Notes: a model not told the origin generated them from the letters alone. 64,000 nucleotides of DNA from a virus (IMGVR_UViG_3300021963_000025:64001-128000); one strand, 5' to 3'; shown: positions 16,363-25,756, counted from the first letter of the stretch. Program-made: numbers and translations.

Positions 16363-18332
16363 GACGTATAATATCATCAAGAAGAAAACAGGGACAATTT
16401 ACTTCCGCTCCGGTAGTAAGTGGGAATACAACAATCGGTTCAGTACTATCTGTAACTAATGGTGTATTCGACGGACCGTCATCAACATATACATACCAAT
16501 GGTTCCTAGACAGTAGTCCAATATCAGGAGCTACCAGTAGCACTTATACACTTCCAGCGCTTAGCAATGGAATATTAAGATGCATTGTTAAGGCAACAAA
16601 TGCGCTTGGTACCGTTAAATCTACAAGTAACTTTTTTACGATTAGAAATTCCTTTAATTTTGTAGTTAAAACTGATAATACTTCAACAGGGAGTAGTACT
16701 GTAACTCAGTTCAAATTACCATTAATTAGTACAGGTACTTACAACTTTACGGTTTACTGGGGAGATGGTACTTCAAATACAATAACAACTTGGAATCAAG
16801 CACAAACAACGCACACATACGCAACTGCTGGAACCTACAATATTTCGATAACAGGGACTATAACAGGATTTTGTTTTAATAATGCAGGTGATAAACTTAA
16901 AATTTTATCAGTTGGATGGTGGGGTCCTTTAAGACCTTCTAATAATTCCGGAACTTTCTTTGGATGTACTAATTTAACACTAGATAATGTTAAAGATGTT
17001 CTTAACCTTACAGGTATGACAGCTCTTAATAATTTCTTTTATGCATGCTCAAGTTTAGTTAAAGTTAACCGCATTGGTGAGTGGAACACGTCAAATATCA
17101 CTTCTTTGAATAGAATGTTTGAAAACTGCTATAATTTTAATGATAATGTAGGAGGATGGAATACTTCTAATGTTATAGATATGCAAAATGTTTTTGCTAA
17201 CGCTAGAAACTTTAATAATGGAGGTAGTCCAGATATTGGAAATTGGGACACTAGCAAAGTTACTACATTCAGATTTTTATTTGGTTCTGATGCGAATGGT
17301 GTATATCATAGTTTTAATCAATATATTGGAGACTGGAATACTTCAGCCGTTACAAATACATCATCAATGTTTGGAAGAAACATTAAGTTCAATCAAGACA
17401 TTAATACAAAATCCGTTACAAAAAATGGAGTTACCTATACCGCATGGGACACTAAAGAAATTACTAATATGGGTTTCATGTTTAATGGATATGCAGGAGA
17501 TGGAAACTACGGAGTATTTAATCAATATATTGGAGACTGGAATACCTCTAAAGTTACTACAATGGGATCTTTGTTCCAATCTCAACCTAAATTTAACCAA
17601 GATATATCAACAAAGGTTGTAACGGTTAATGGAGTTACATATACTGCATGGGACACTTTAAATGTTACTAATATGGGTTATACATTCTATGGTGACTCTT
17701 TTATTACTCCATCAGAATTTAATCAAAACATTGGAAATTGGAATACTTCTAAAGTAACAACGATGACTACTATGTTACAATTTAATACAAGTTTTAACCA
17801 AAATATTGGAACAAAAACAGTAACGGTAAATGGAACTACATATACTGCATGGAATACTTCTCTAGTTACAAATATGAATTATATGCTTGGTGGATGTTCA
17901 GTATTTAATAATGGTGGAAGTTCTTCAATTAATGATTGGAATGTTGCAAATGTAACAGGTATTACACAAACTTTTTGGAACGCGTCTGCTTTTAATCAAC
18001 CTCTTAATTCTTGGAACACTGTAAAAGTTACTAACATGGGTGGAACATTTTATAATGCAGCTAATTTTAACCAAAGCTTAAGCAATTGGAAAGCTAATTT
18101 AGTTACTACATTTATTGAAGGTAGTACTAATTTTATGCAGGGTAAAACATTCTATGATTATTCAACTGCTAATTATGATGCACTACTTATTGGATGGGCA
18201 TCAAGACCGGTATTGGCAAATAAGACAATCAATTTTGGTACCATTAAGTACACTTCAGCAGCCGTAGCCGCAAGAGCAATATTAACATCAGCACCAAATA
18301 ACTGGACAATAATAGACGGAGGACAAATATGA
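16359..18332 (+). CDS. Ig-like, PKD and BspA/DUF285 repeat surface protein
   Basis: TYTYQW..ISGATSSTYT; VYWGDGT..THTYATAGTY; many WNTSKVTTM..MF..FNQ repeats. Confidence 0.85.
   Translation: MRRIISSRRKQGQFTSAPVVSGNTTIGSVLSVTNGVFDGPSSTYTYQWFLDSSPISGATSSTYTLPALSNGILRCIVKATNALGTVKSTSNFFTIRNSFNFVVKTDNTSTGSSTVTQFKLPLISTGTYNFTVYWGDGTSNTITTWNQAQTTHTYATAGTYNISITGTITGFCFNNAGDKLKILSVGWWGPLRPSNNSGTFFGCTNLTLDNVKDVLNLTGMTALNNFFYACSSLVKVNRIGEWNTSNITSLNRMFENCYNFNDNVGGWNTSNVIDMQNVFANARNFNNGGSPDIGNWDTSKVTTFRFLFGSDANGVYHSFNQYIGDWNTSAVTNTSSMFGRNIKFNQDINTKSVTKNGVTYTAWDTKEITNMGFMFNGYAGDGNYGVFNQYIGDWNTSKVTTMGSLFQSQPKFNQDISTKVVTVNGVTYTAWDTLNVTNMGYTFYGDSFITPSEFNQNIGNWNTSKVTTMTTMLQFNTSFNQNIGTKTVTVNGTTYTAWNTSLVTNMNYMLGGCSVFNNGGSSSINDWNVANVTGITQTFWNASAFNQPLNSWNTVKVTNMGGTFYNAANFNQSLSNWKANLVTTFIEGSTNFMQGKTFYDYSTANYDALLIGWASRPVLANKTINFGTIKYTSAAVAARAILTSAPNNWTIIDGGQI
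17313..17880 (+). repeat. About 200-nt tandem internal duplication within the BspA gene
   Basis: 29-nt identical tttaatcaatatattggagactggaatac at 17313 and 17517; variant at 17718. Confidence 0.75.
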
Positions 18333-18538
18333 GTTACTTTTTAGCACACAACGAAACGGATGTTTTTCATTATGGAGAACTATTAGAAGGCCAGGTAATA
18401 GAAACTGGGCAACCGCATTTAGAATATTTTAATGCATTGCAAGAATTAAAAGATAGATTGGCTTTTTTTAATGTAGAGTATATTGAAAATATTGACGTAG
18501 ACCTTCCAGGTGGACCAAACGATGATTTAATAGAGTAA
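18329..18538 (+). CDS. Hypothetical protein
   Basis: 69-aa ORF overlapping the previous stop. Confidence 0.6.
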   Translation: MSYFLAHNETDVFHYGELLEGQVIETGQPHLEYFNALQELKDRLAFFNVEYIENIDVDLPGGPNDDLIE

Positions 18539-18549
18539 ACAATCTTAAA

Positions 18550-18580
18550 ATTTGATATATAATACTTGAATATATCAAAT
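18550..18580. promoter_or_regulatory. 11-bp inverted repeat with a late motif in the left arm
   Basis: atttgatatat / atatatcaaat; GATATATA at 18554-18561; ATG at 18584. Confidence 0.7.
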
Positions 18581-18583
18581 AAC

Positions 18584-19135
18584 ATGTTAAACGAAGCTTA
18601 CACCACTGACAAAATCCTTATTTTCGATATTGATGATACTATCGCAATTACCCCTGCGAAAATAGTAGTCACTGACACAAAAACTGGAAAGACATTCGAA
18701 CTGACTCCAGAAGAGTTTAACTCATACGAGAAAAACAAAAATCATCTTGTTAATTTCGACCAATTCAGATCACTAGAGATTATGAAAGCGGGTCGATTGA
18801 TTGATAAATACTTCAACGTACTCACTAAAAACTACAAGAGTGGCGTTGCAATCGGTGTTATTACAGCACGAGACAATAGAGAAATGATATACGAATGGTT
18901 CCGCTTTCACTTAGGATTCCATATCGATAAAAAACTGATCTGGGCAGTTAATGACCCAGTCCATGGACTTACCGGAAATATACAACAACGAAAACAGGAC
19001 GCAATGCGCTGGTTTATTGACCAGGGTTACACGGATATCACGTTCTTCGACGACGATAGAAACAATATAAAACTAATAAAACAATTAGAGAGTGAACTCG
19101 GTCAATCGATCAAGACACATCTTGCTAAACACTAG
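18584..19135 (+). CDS. HAD-superfamily hydrolase (start corrected to ATG 18584)
   Basis: IFDIDDT, VITAR, FFDDD motifs. Confidence 0.7.
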   Translation: MLNEAYTTDKILIFDIDDTIAITPAKIVVTDTKTGKTFELTPEEFNSYEKNKNHLVNFDQFRSLEIMKAGRLIDKYFNVLTKNYKSGVAIGVITARDNREMIYEWFRFHLGFHIDKKLIWAVNDPVHGLTGNIQQRKQDAMRWFIDQGYTDITFFDDDRNNIKLIKQLESELGQSIKTHLAKH

Positions 19136-19141
19136 GAAATT

Positions 19142-20323
19142 ATGGCAAATTTAGGAGATTTTAAAACAAGATTTGAAATGGCAGTTAATCAGGCCAATGC
19201 AGATCAACAAATAAATGAATCGATGGATTCACCTCTAAATGAGGCAAAAATTAATACAGAATCAATGCAAGGGGAGGTTGATAACCCAGGATCTATTCAT
19301 GGAAATATGGCCCTAATTGATGCGCTTACAAAAGCTAAAAAAATTGATGATTATAAAACTTTTGCAAAAAACTATCCAAATGGAATTCCAACAACTTTTA
19401 TCTTAAATCTTTTTGCATCACTGAATCCAAAAGAGTCAGAAGAACTTGCTAAAGATTTATACTCAAAATCAACTCCAAAAGACTTGAACGCTGGAATGTA
19501 CTCAAATAGAAATTCAGTACTTGGAAAGTTATTTGACCAAAAGCCAACTGGACTTGGAAAGGGAGAAGCACTTATTGCATGGTTAATTAGAGGTGCAGTA
19601 ATTCAAGGTGGAACAGAGAGTTATGATGTTATCATTAATGGAAAAGATACCTTTGAGGTTAAAGATTACAGTAAAAATAATGCAGCAATCCGAGCAGGAG
19701 TAAAATCAAAGGTTAGTAACTTTGAATTTTGGAGAGAGATTAGCGATACACTATCAAGAATCGATAAATTGACAGGATATTCTGCTGGAAAACCTAAATT
19801 TGATATAAGCAAATACTTCTCTCCGGAGATGACAACAGCAGCAAACTACCTAATGGGAAGAAGAGGTACTATCATGTCGGGTGAATGTAATAAAACCGAT
19901 TTTGCAAATATTAACAAATTCTATGAAGAGGCTCATAAGGTTGAAAATAATCTACATGGGTATACCAATGTGATTTTAAGAGGACCAAATGCAGCTCCTA
20001 TCGAGTTAAGTATTGACCTATTAGACCCTGCTGCGGTTAAAGGAGATACAATTACCTTTCATGTTGCAAAAACCGACCAAACTGCAACGTACATTCTAGC
20101 AGAATTGAAGCGATTAAAATATGTTAGAAATCCAAAAGACTTAGAAGTGGATATGCAAAAAGCGGTTGACCAAATACATTCAGGACTTGTGTATATCGTA
20201 TTCCGTAAAAACACAATAAATATTACAACAGATTTTGTACCAGCTCAGGTATCAACATCATCTCTCTACTTTGTAGAAAGAAACATTAAAGACCCTATAA
20301 TAGACACTACATTAGATGACTAA
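19142..20323 (+). CDS. PD-(D/E)xK nuclease-like protein with N-terminal INE/LNE sites
   Basis: GKGEALIAW...SYDVIING..FEVKD; QQINE-S, PLNE-A near the N-terminus. Confidence 0.5.
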   Translation: MANLGDFKTRFEMAVNQANADQQINESMDSPLNEAKINTESMQGEVDNPGSIHGNMALIDALTKAKKIDDYKTFAKNYPNGIPTTFILNLFASLNPKESEELAKDLYSKSTPKDLNAGMYSNRNSVLGKLFDQKPTGLGKGEALIAWLIRGAVIQGGTESYDVIINGKDTFEVKDYSKNNAAIRAGVKSKVSNFEFWREISDTLSRIDKLTGYSAGKPKFDISKYFSPEMTTAANYLMGRRGTIMSGECNKTDFANINKFYEEAHKVENNLHGYTNVILRGPNAAPIELSIDLLDPAAVKGDTITFHVAKTDQTATYILAELKRLKYVRNPKDLEVDMQKAVDQIHSGLVYIVFRKNTINITTDFVPAQVSTSSLYFVERNIKDPIIDTTLDD

Positions 20324-20495
20324 TGAGGAATGGAATAAATACGTTGACACTGGTTATGTACCACAAAGGTTCATAAAGGAAATAGTGACCAGAATTAAAC
20401 ACAATATGACGCTCAATATGAGACACATTCAAGTGTATATGACTCATAGTGCAATTATAGAATTATATTTAAAAAACGGAATAAAAAATAAATAA
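20316..20495 (+). CDS. 59-aa protein absent from the ORF track (MTNEEWNKYVDTG...)
   Basis: ATG overlaps the previous stop region; TAA ends 3 nt before the next ATG, filling the gap exactly. Confidence 0.6.
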   Translation: MTNEEWNKYVDTGYVPQRFIKEIVTRIKHNMTLNMRHIQVYMTHSAIIELYLKNGIKNK

Positions 20496-20498
20496 AGC

Positions 20499-21089
20499 AT
20501 GAAACATGTTAAACTATACGAACAATTCGTAAATGAGGCTAAAAGTTACAGTATCAAAGGAATGATAAAAAAGGCAACTACTGATAAAACAGACAGATTG
20601 CCATACGTAACACTTACATCAGATGTTGACCGATTTATTTCAAGATGGGCATATAGACAAGGTTTAGATGAAATTGATTTTACTCCAGAAATGAGAGCCG
20701 AATTTGAAGACGGAATCCGAGCAGCAGGCTATGATGTAGTTGATGCTAAAGACATTGAAAAGCAAAAAGTATTCAGTGCATTGATGAAGGACCTAAAAAA
20801 ATCATGGGATTGGGATGTTAAATTGACTCCACATAAAGATGAAAATTATACCACAAACTCTAGACCCCTGATTTATATTGAACTTAGAGGCGGAAAAGCA
20901 GGAAAACTAGAGAATGGAGAACCGATTATCGATCTTAATATTGGTAACAAAATGCCTTACTATTTCAATGGCACTAGTGAACAATTCAGTACTTGGTTAC
21001 ATGACAGAGGATTTGCAATTATTAGTACTAATGGTCAAAAATTCATTACTGAATTAAGTGCTACAAGAGGAGAACCATCATACTACTAA
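20499..21089 (+). CDS. Leader-bearing putative virion internal protein
   Basis: MKHVKLYEQFVNE leader. Confidence 0.75.
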   Translation: MKHVKLYEQFVNEAKSYSIKGMIKKATTDKTDRLPYVTLTSDVDRFISRWAYRQGLDEIDFTPEMRAEFEDGIRAAGYDVVDAKDIEKQKVFSALMKDLKKSWDWDVKLTPHKDENYTTNSRPLIYIELRGGKAGKLENGEPIIDLNIGNKMPYYFNGTSEQFSTWLHDRGFAIISTNGQKFITELSATRGEPSYY

Positions 21090-21105
21090 ATAAAAAATCA
21101 TAACA

Positions 21106-21618
21106 ATGAAACACATTAAAGTATTTGAAGACTTTGCAAATGAGGCAAAGAATAAAGGCCCGTTTATCTTTTACACGGCAGATGATTCAGTGATGAAATC
21201 CGCACAGTTTAAAAATAGCGCTGGATATGTTAAAGACATGGAGAAAGACCTAGGAGTCGATCCAAACCAAATTAACGACATCATAGTAAAAGAACTTGGC
21301 TCTTCAATTGATAAAGCATGTTACGTTACCGCTGACAACTATAATGAAATAACTTCACATGCAAAAGCTGCCATGATAAAAGGTATTAAATTTGTACAGC
21401 AAGGAGATTTTAAACTAAATGAACAATTTGTAAACGAGGCAATGGCACTAACCCAATATTACAGAAACTCTGACAAGGAGGTAAAAGATATTGCAAAACA
21501 AATAGATGCTATTATTAATACAGCAGATTTTGTAGTACCATCAAGTAAAGACAAGTTACTAGACCTGATCACTGACCTAACAGATGCATATCTAGCGGAT
21601 ATGCGTGACGAGGAATAA
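21106..21618 (+). CDS. Leader-bearing putative virion internal protein, two modules
   Basis: MKHIKVFEDFANE leader; internal KLNE-QFVNE-A. Confidence 0.75.
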   Translation: MKHIKVFEDFANEAKNKGPFIFYTADDSVMKSAQFKNSAGYVKDMEKDLGVDPNQINDIIVKELGSSIDKACYVTADNYNEITSHAKAAMIKGIKFVQQGDFKLNEQFVNEAMALTQYYRNSDKEVKDIAKQIDAIINTADFVVPSSKDKLLDLITDLTDAYLADMRDEE

Positions 21619-21759
21619 TATATCACATCAACTATGTCCCGTATAATATTCTCTAACTAGAATGGACCCTCAAATCCCCCTACCGCTTCTATACTCGATT
21701 CCCCTAATAATGGGAATCATTATCTTGATAAAAGACAGAAAACACTAAATAACTATAAC

Positions 21760-21969
21760 ATGGAAAACATTACACTAGGACAGAAAAGGGTACAAAGAAA
21801 CTTTAACCCTTCAGCAAACCCAGATGTCGAAAACATTAAAGAGCAATATGCTAATATTATCGACCATTTAGAAACCTTAAGAAACGACCGTAACGGTAGA
21901 GAGGTTTCAATAGCACAAACAGAGGCTGAAACCTCTTGTATGTATGCAGTAAAATCACTATTTGTATAA
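21760..21969 (+). CDS. Acb2/Tad1-like helical-hairpin protein (putative immune-signal sponge)
   Basis: FNPS..V..IK...A.II..LE..; REVSIAQTEAETSCMYAVKS fits the R..s.A.T..E...M.A.K hairpin pattern. Confidence 0.6.
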   Translation: MENITLGQKRVQRNFNPSANPDVENIKEQYANIIDHLETLRNDRNGREVSIAQTEAETSCMYAVKSLFV

Positions 21970-21971
21970 TC

Positions 21972-22499
21972 ATGAAACATGTAAAACTGTTCGAACAATT
22001 CATAAATGAAGGTTACATGGATAACTTTAAAGAGTATGAAAAGGAATTCAAAAAGAGAGGTTTGAATCGACACAGTGAAGGATGGTCAGAAGGTGGTTAT
22101 GAGGACATTTGGTATACAGATTTCGAATTAGGCCGTTTTGTTGTTAGTTTCTGGGGACTAAATATGGCCCTAACATCTGACATGTCAAAAACCCAACGTA
22201 ATAAACCAGAATACGAGTACAATGTATATTTCGAACCTTTCCCAAAATACAAAATGAAATTATTTGGTTTGATTAAAACTCAAGAGCGTCAATTAGGCAA
22301 ACAAATCGACTTTGCTAGAGGTTACATCGATTTTTCAGAAGGTAAATTTACAACAGATGATAAAACATTTATGAAGTACCTATTTAGTGTAGTTGATGAT
22401 GGATTAGAAAAATCTAAAGAAATTTCTAAAATTGAATACCTTTCTTTTGAAGACAGCGCAAAATGGGCACGTCCAGCAATCGATAATGTAAATAGATAA
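21972..22499 (+). CDS. Leader-bearing putative virion internal protein (start corrected to 21972)
   Basis: MKHVKLFEQFINE leader. Confidence 0.75.
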   Translation: MKHVKLFEQFINEGYMDNFKEYEKEFKKRGLNRHSEGWSEGGYEDIWYTDFELGRFVVSFWGLNMALTSDMSKTQRNKPEYEYNVYFEPFPKYKMKLFGLIKTQERQLGKQIDFARGYIDFSEGKFTTDDKTFMKYLFSVVDDGLEKSKEISKIEYLSFEDSAKWARPAIDNVNR

Positions 22500-22507
22500 A
22501 ACCAATT

Positions 22508-22915
22508 ATGAAACCTATAAAACTATTCGAAGAATTCCTTAATGAGTCCCAAAAACAGGATGCTGCTATGCAAAAGGTGGAAGCACTCCCTAAAGGGTCA
22601 ATATTTGATGATGCAAAACGAATAGACTCTATATTCAAAATTAACAATCGTACTTGGAGTGAAGTGGTTCAAGCCTGGGAAGAGAATGAAAAATCTGCAA
22701 AAAGCAAAACAATAAACCCTAAGGACGTACAAATAACCCAAAGGAATATACAATCAAGCAAGGTAGAGGAAATGATATACAGAAAGGGTCCTCTTAAAAC
22801 CATTAATGTTATTGAATTCCCAGAAGGAATGGTAATCCCCGATGGACACCACAGACTTACAACAGCATGGGCCCTAGGAGAAACCAAACTAAAAGTTAAC
22901 TACGTAAAAGCATGA
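22508..22915 (+). CDS. Leader-bearing ParB/Srx-like domain protein
   Basis: MKPIKLFEEFLNE leader; INPKDVQITQ..VIPDGHHRL..A..LG motif. Confidence 0.7.
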   Translation: MKPIKLFEEFLNESQKQDAAMQKVEALPKGSIFDDAKRIDSIFKINNRTWSEVVQAWEENEKSAKSKTINPKDVQITQRNIQSSKVEEMIYRKGPLKTINVIEFPEGMVIPDGHHRLTTAWALGETKLKVNYVKA

Positions 22916-23430
22916 AACATATAAAACTATTTGAAAACTTCCTAAATGAAGAAACCCAATTCCCAGCACAGTTTGGTATAGATGAACCAGTAGCTTTCAA
23001 AACCTCTCAGCAGGACCCTGAAAGATGGGGAACCGTAGTCAAAGTATCATTCACTAAAGCAAAAGTTTGGTATGATATACTGGATGATTATACAGCAACC
23101 GTAATTAGTGATGTAGATTCAGTATGGGTAAAATCATTAGCAGGAAAACCCCTACCAGAATCCTTCCTAAATGAAGGGGAAGATGCAGTAACCCTAAACG
23201 TAACTATTAGTAATATTGACCAATCTACAGCAGACGATTTCTTAAAGATGTTTGCATTCATGGAATATTGTGGAAACGTAGGAACTGCCCGAACGATGCA
23301 GGCTTTCTTTGATGGTGATGGACACTTCAGACCCCGTATCAAAGTTGAAGGCATCGACCTACAAGATATCGACCTAGGCCTAACTGATGAAGACAAGAAA
23401 ATCGACCTAGACTTGGACTTCGGAGCCTAA
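22912..23430 (+). CDS. Leader-bearing putative virion internal protein, two modules
   Basis: MKHIKLFENFLNE leader; internal ESFLNE-G. Confidence 0.75.
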   Translation: MKHIKLFENFLNEETQFPAQFGIDEPVAFKTSQQDPERWGTVVKVSFTKAKVWYDILDDYTATVISDVDSVWVKSLAGKPLPESFLNEGEDAVTLNVTISNIDQSTADDFLKMFAFMEYCGNVGTARTMQAFFDGDGHFRPRIKVEGIDLQDIDLGLTDEDKKIDLDLDFGA

Positions 23431-23454
23431 ACCCCCTAAAACAAACCAACTGCA

Positions 23455-23482
23455 GAGGACCCAAAAAAAGGTCCTCTTTTTT
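23455..23482 (+). terminator. Rho-independent terminator
   Basis: gaggacc-caaaaaaa-ggtcctc followed by a T-tract. Confidence 0.8.
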
Positions 23483-24098
23483 ATCGAGCCCGGCACGTCC
23501 GACAACCCCGTCCCCCACAATAAAAAACCGATAGAAATAAAAATCTAAAACAAAAACATCTAAGACACCTTATAAATCTATAACAGATACAAGATAATCT
23601 CTATATAGATAAGGATATAAACCCCCTAATAGAACCCCTATAAGGTATAATACTCCCCTCCCTGACCCCCGTTACTGTCCAGTTTTTAAGCCCTCAATTG
23701 CCCTTCGTACCCGTACCCGTAGGGGCCAATCCCCAGTCAACCAGGTACCCCAGTTCTACCTTTCTTAACAAAAGGATATATACCCACACTCCAAGCCCAG
23801 TAGGTCTCTCAATAGTTCCCTTCATGTCCCTCTAAGGGCCTTAAACCTCTCGTCGAGTTGGGTCACCCTCCGAGGCACTCCGGACCCTCTTTTCACTCCT
23901 GGGCACCTCCAAAACCATCCACCAATCCCAGTTCCTACCAAACGGGCGTTTGGATGCACCAAGTGCTAGTGCCCCTGCGGGCAAAACAATTCTGCCTTGC
24001 CCGGCCATTGGTCTACCGCGAAACGCACGAAATCCGGGAACACCACACTCCCGGAAATCGCTATCTAATTAAGGCAGTTTCGGGTGCCGGCCGTTATA

Positions 24099-25199
24099 TT
24101 ATAATTCTACTACCGTCTTTAATTCTTCTGGTATAGCGTCCTTGTCGAAACCGAATAATTTGTCGAAGGCATTACTTTCCCCAGCTAGAGCCTTTCTCTC
24201 TTCAGCTAATACCTCGTCATTAAAAAGGTCTCTTGTATATCGGCCTTCGTCAAAGGAGACTCCTTCTGATAATTCGTAATATAGTTTTTTACCTACCTGA
24301 CCGGTACGGTTTTTAGAGAACTCCATGAATCTTCTACCGCTATTTTCAGAACCGTCCCAGTCCAACATCATCATCGCGGTCGTCATGTGTTTCAGTTTAT
24401 TAGAACCAACGAAGTTACCACCTTTAGATAATTGCAGGATAGTTACGAAGGTTGTGTAAGTCTTAGTCTTATTACCACCTTTATTATGCTGGGTCATTAG
24501 GTCTAGGAACCACTTTTCAGTTTTTGAACGGGTCATGTTACATTCCTCCTTGATAGTGTCATTAACCTCTGTATAAGAGTCGGTTAATACTACGTCCCAT
24601 CCTTGGTTAAGTACACCTTCAATGACCCCTTTTGGACAAGACTCTGTATAGTCAGAAAGGAATAAGATAGGTAATTGTCCCCAGTGTGGGAAACGTTTTA
24701 AGTAACGGGCCATATCTATCTGGTTCATTTCAGCAGAGATGAATAGGACACGTTTTCCAGATGCATGTAGTTTAGAAAGTAATTCTAATAGCACTGTAGT
24801 TTTACCGACACCAGGAGCTCCAGCAGCCATTATATTTGTTCCAGGTAGGAAACCACCTTCAGTTGAACAAAACTGGTCGAAGATAGTTCCAGTTGGAAGA
24901 CTGGTGAATAGGGAATCATCGATATTTAAGTCGTCCAATTTGGTAAGTGTTACCTCAACTGGAGCACAAGGGTTAGAGGTTGATTGGGATGTTGAGGTTC
25001 CGTAATCGTTATTATAGTCTTTGTTACTTGTCCATCGCCCAGTTTCGGTGATGTTGATAACACGGTTTGCGTCTTGATTAGATATCCATTCGAATTTAGA
25101 GTGACCTGCTTCGATTAGGATGGTATTTGTAGGTGTCTTAGTGTTAACCAATAAGAAGTGGTTGTCTTGAGGGCGGATGATGTAAGATTGTCTGTTCAT
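24099..25199 (-). CDS. RadA/Sms-like RecA-fold ATPase
   Basis: AGAPGVGKTT, ISAEM, VVLTDS, QLSKGGNFVGSNKLKHM, FSKNR motifs; lacks Zn finger and Lon domains. Confidence 0.8.
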   Translation of the reverse strand: MNRQSYIIRPQDNHFLLVNTKTPTNTILIEAGHSKFEWISNQDANRVINITETGRWTSNKDYNNDYGTSTSQSTSNPCAPVEVTLTKLDDLNIDDSLFTSLPTGTIFDQFCSTEGGFLPGTNIMAAGAPGVGKTTVLLELLSKLHASGKRVLFISAEMNQIDMARYLKRFPHWGQLPILFLSDYTESCPKGVIEGVLNQGWDVVLTDSYTEVNDTIKEECNMTRSKTEKWFLDLMTQHNKGGNKTKTYTTFVTILQLSKGGNFVGSNKLKHMTTAMMMLDWDGSENSGRRFMEFSKNRTGQVGKKLYYELSEGVSFDEGRYTRDLFNDEVLAEERKALAGESNAFDKLFGFDKDAIPEELKTVVEL

Positions 25200-25221
25200 A
25201 ATGTGGTGTTTTAATTAGATA

Positions 25222-25254
25222 TGTAAATATAATACAATTTATGGAAACCGGAAA
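25222..25254 (-). promoter_or_regulatory. Bacteroidota-type early promoter
   Basis: TTTC-N19-TATATTTACA on the minus strand; TTAACA direct repeat at 25262-25284. Confidence 0.8.
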
Positions 25255-25282
25255 CTTTAAAGTGTTAAAGTTTTGTTAAAGT

Positions 25283-25756
25283 TTATGCAACTTTCTGGGT
25301 TTGAAGAGCCTTACCCCAGATAGGAGCAAGTTTCTTAGCAATCTCCTTACCGTAAGCAGAGTATGCTATACCTTGGCTCCAAAGGAAATGCTCATAGTCA
25401 TAACCATATTGTTCTACTGCACCTTCAGCGATCCAACGTAGGGCAGTAACCTCATCACCAGCACCCATTTGGATAGTATTAGTAATAAGGGTTTGGAAGG
25501 CCAAATCAGCTTCCATTTCGGCAACTAATTCCTCTTTACGGTTATCATCACAAACCTGTTCGAAACGGGCGAAATGGGCCTCTAACTCCTCAGTGGTTAA
25601 GGCATATAAATTAATAGTACGAGGACGGAAACCGTAGGCATCCTTATGAAAATCCGAATACAATAAAATCATATTCTCACGGTGAGTAAGTTCCTCACGA
25701 GAGTCTAACTTGTTAGAGATTGTTTCTTGTTCGGCGTAGTGTGCTTGAGTCATCAT
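25283..25756 (-). CDS. Conserved phage hypothetical protein (KDAYGFRPR type)
   Basis: LYSDFHKDAYGFRPR motif; has its own early promoter. Confidence 0.7.
   Translation of the reverse strand: MMTQAHYAEQETISNKLDSREELTHRENMILLYSDFHKDAYGFRPRTINLYALTTEELEAHFARFEQVCDDNRKEELVAEMEADLAFQTLITNTIQMGAGDEVTALRWIAEGAVEQYGYDYEHFLWSQGIAYSAYGKEIAKKLAPIWGKALQTQKVA

Noticed and set aside
17313-17880. Diversity-generating retroelement TR/VR pair
   Set aside because: Repeats are in-frame tandem units, differences are not limited to adenines, and there is no reverse transcriptase in the window
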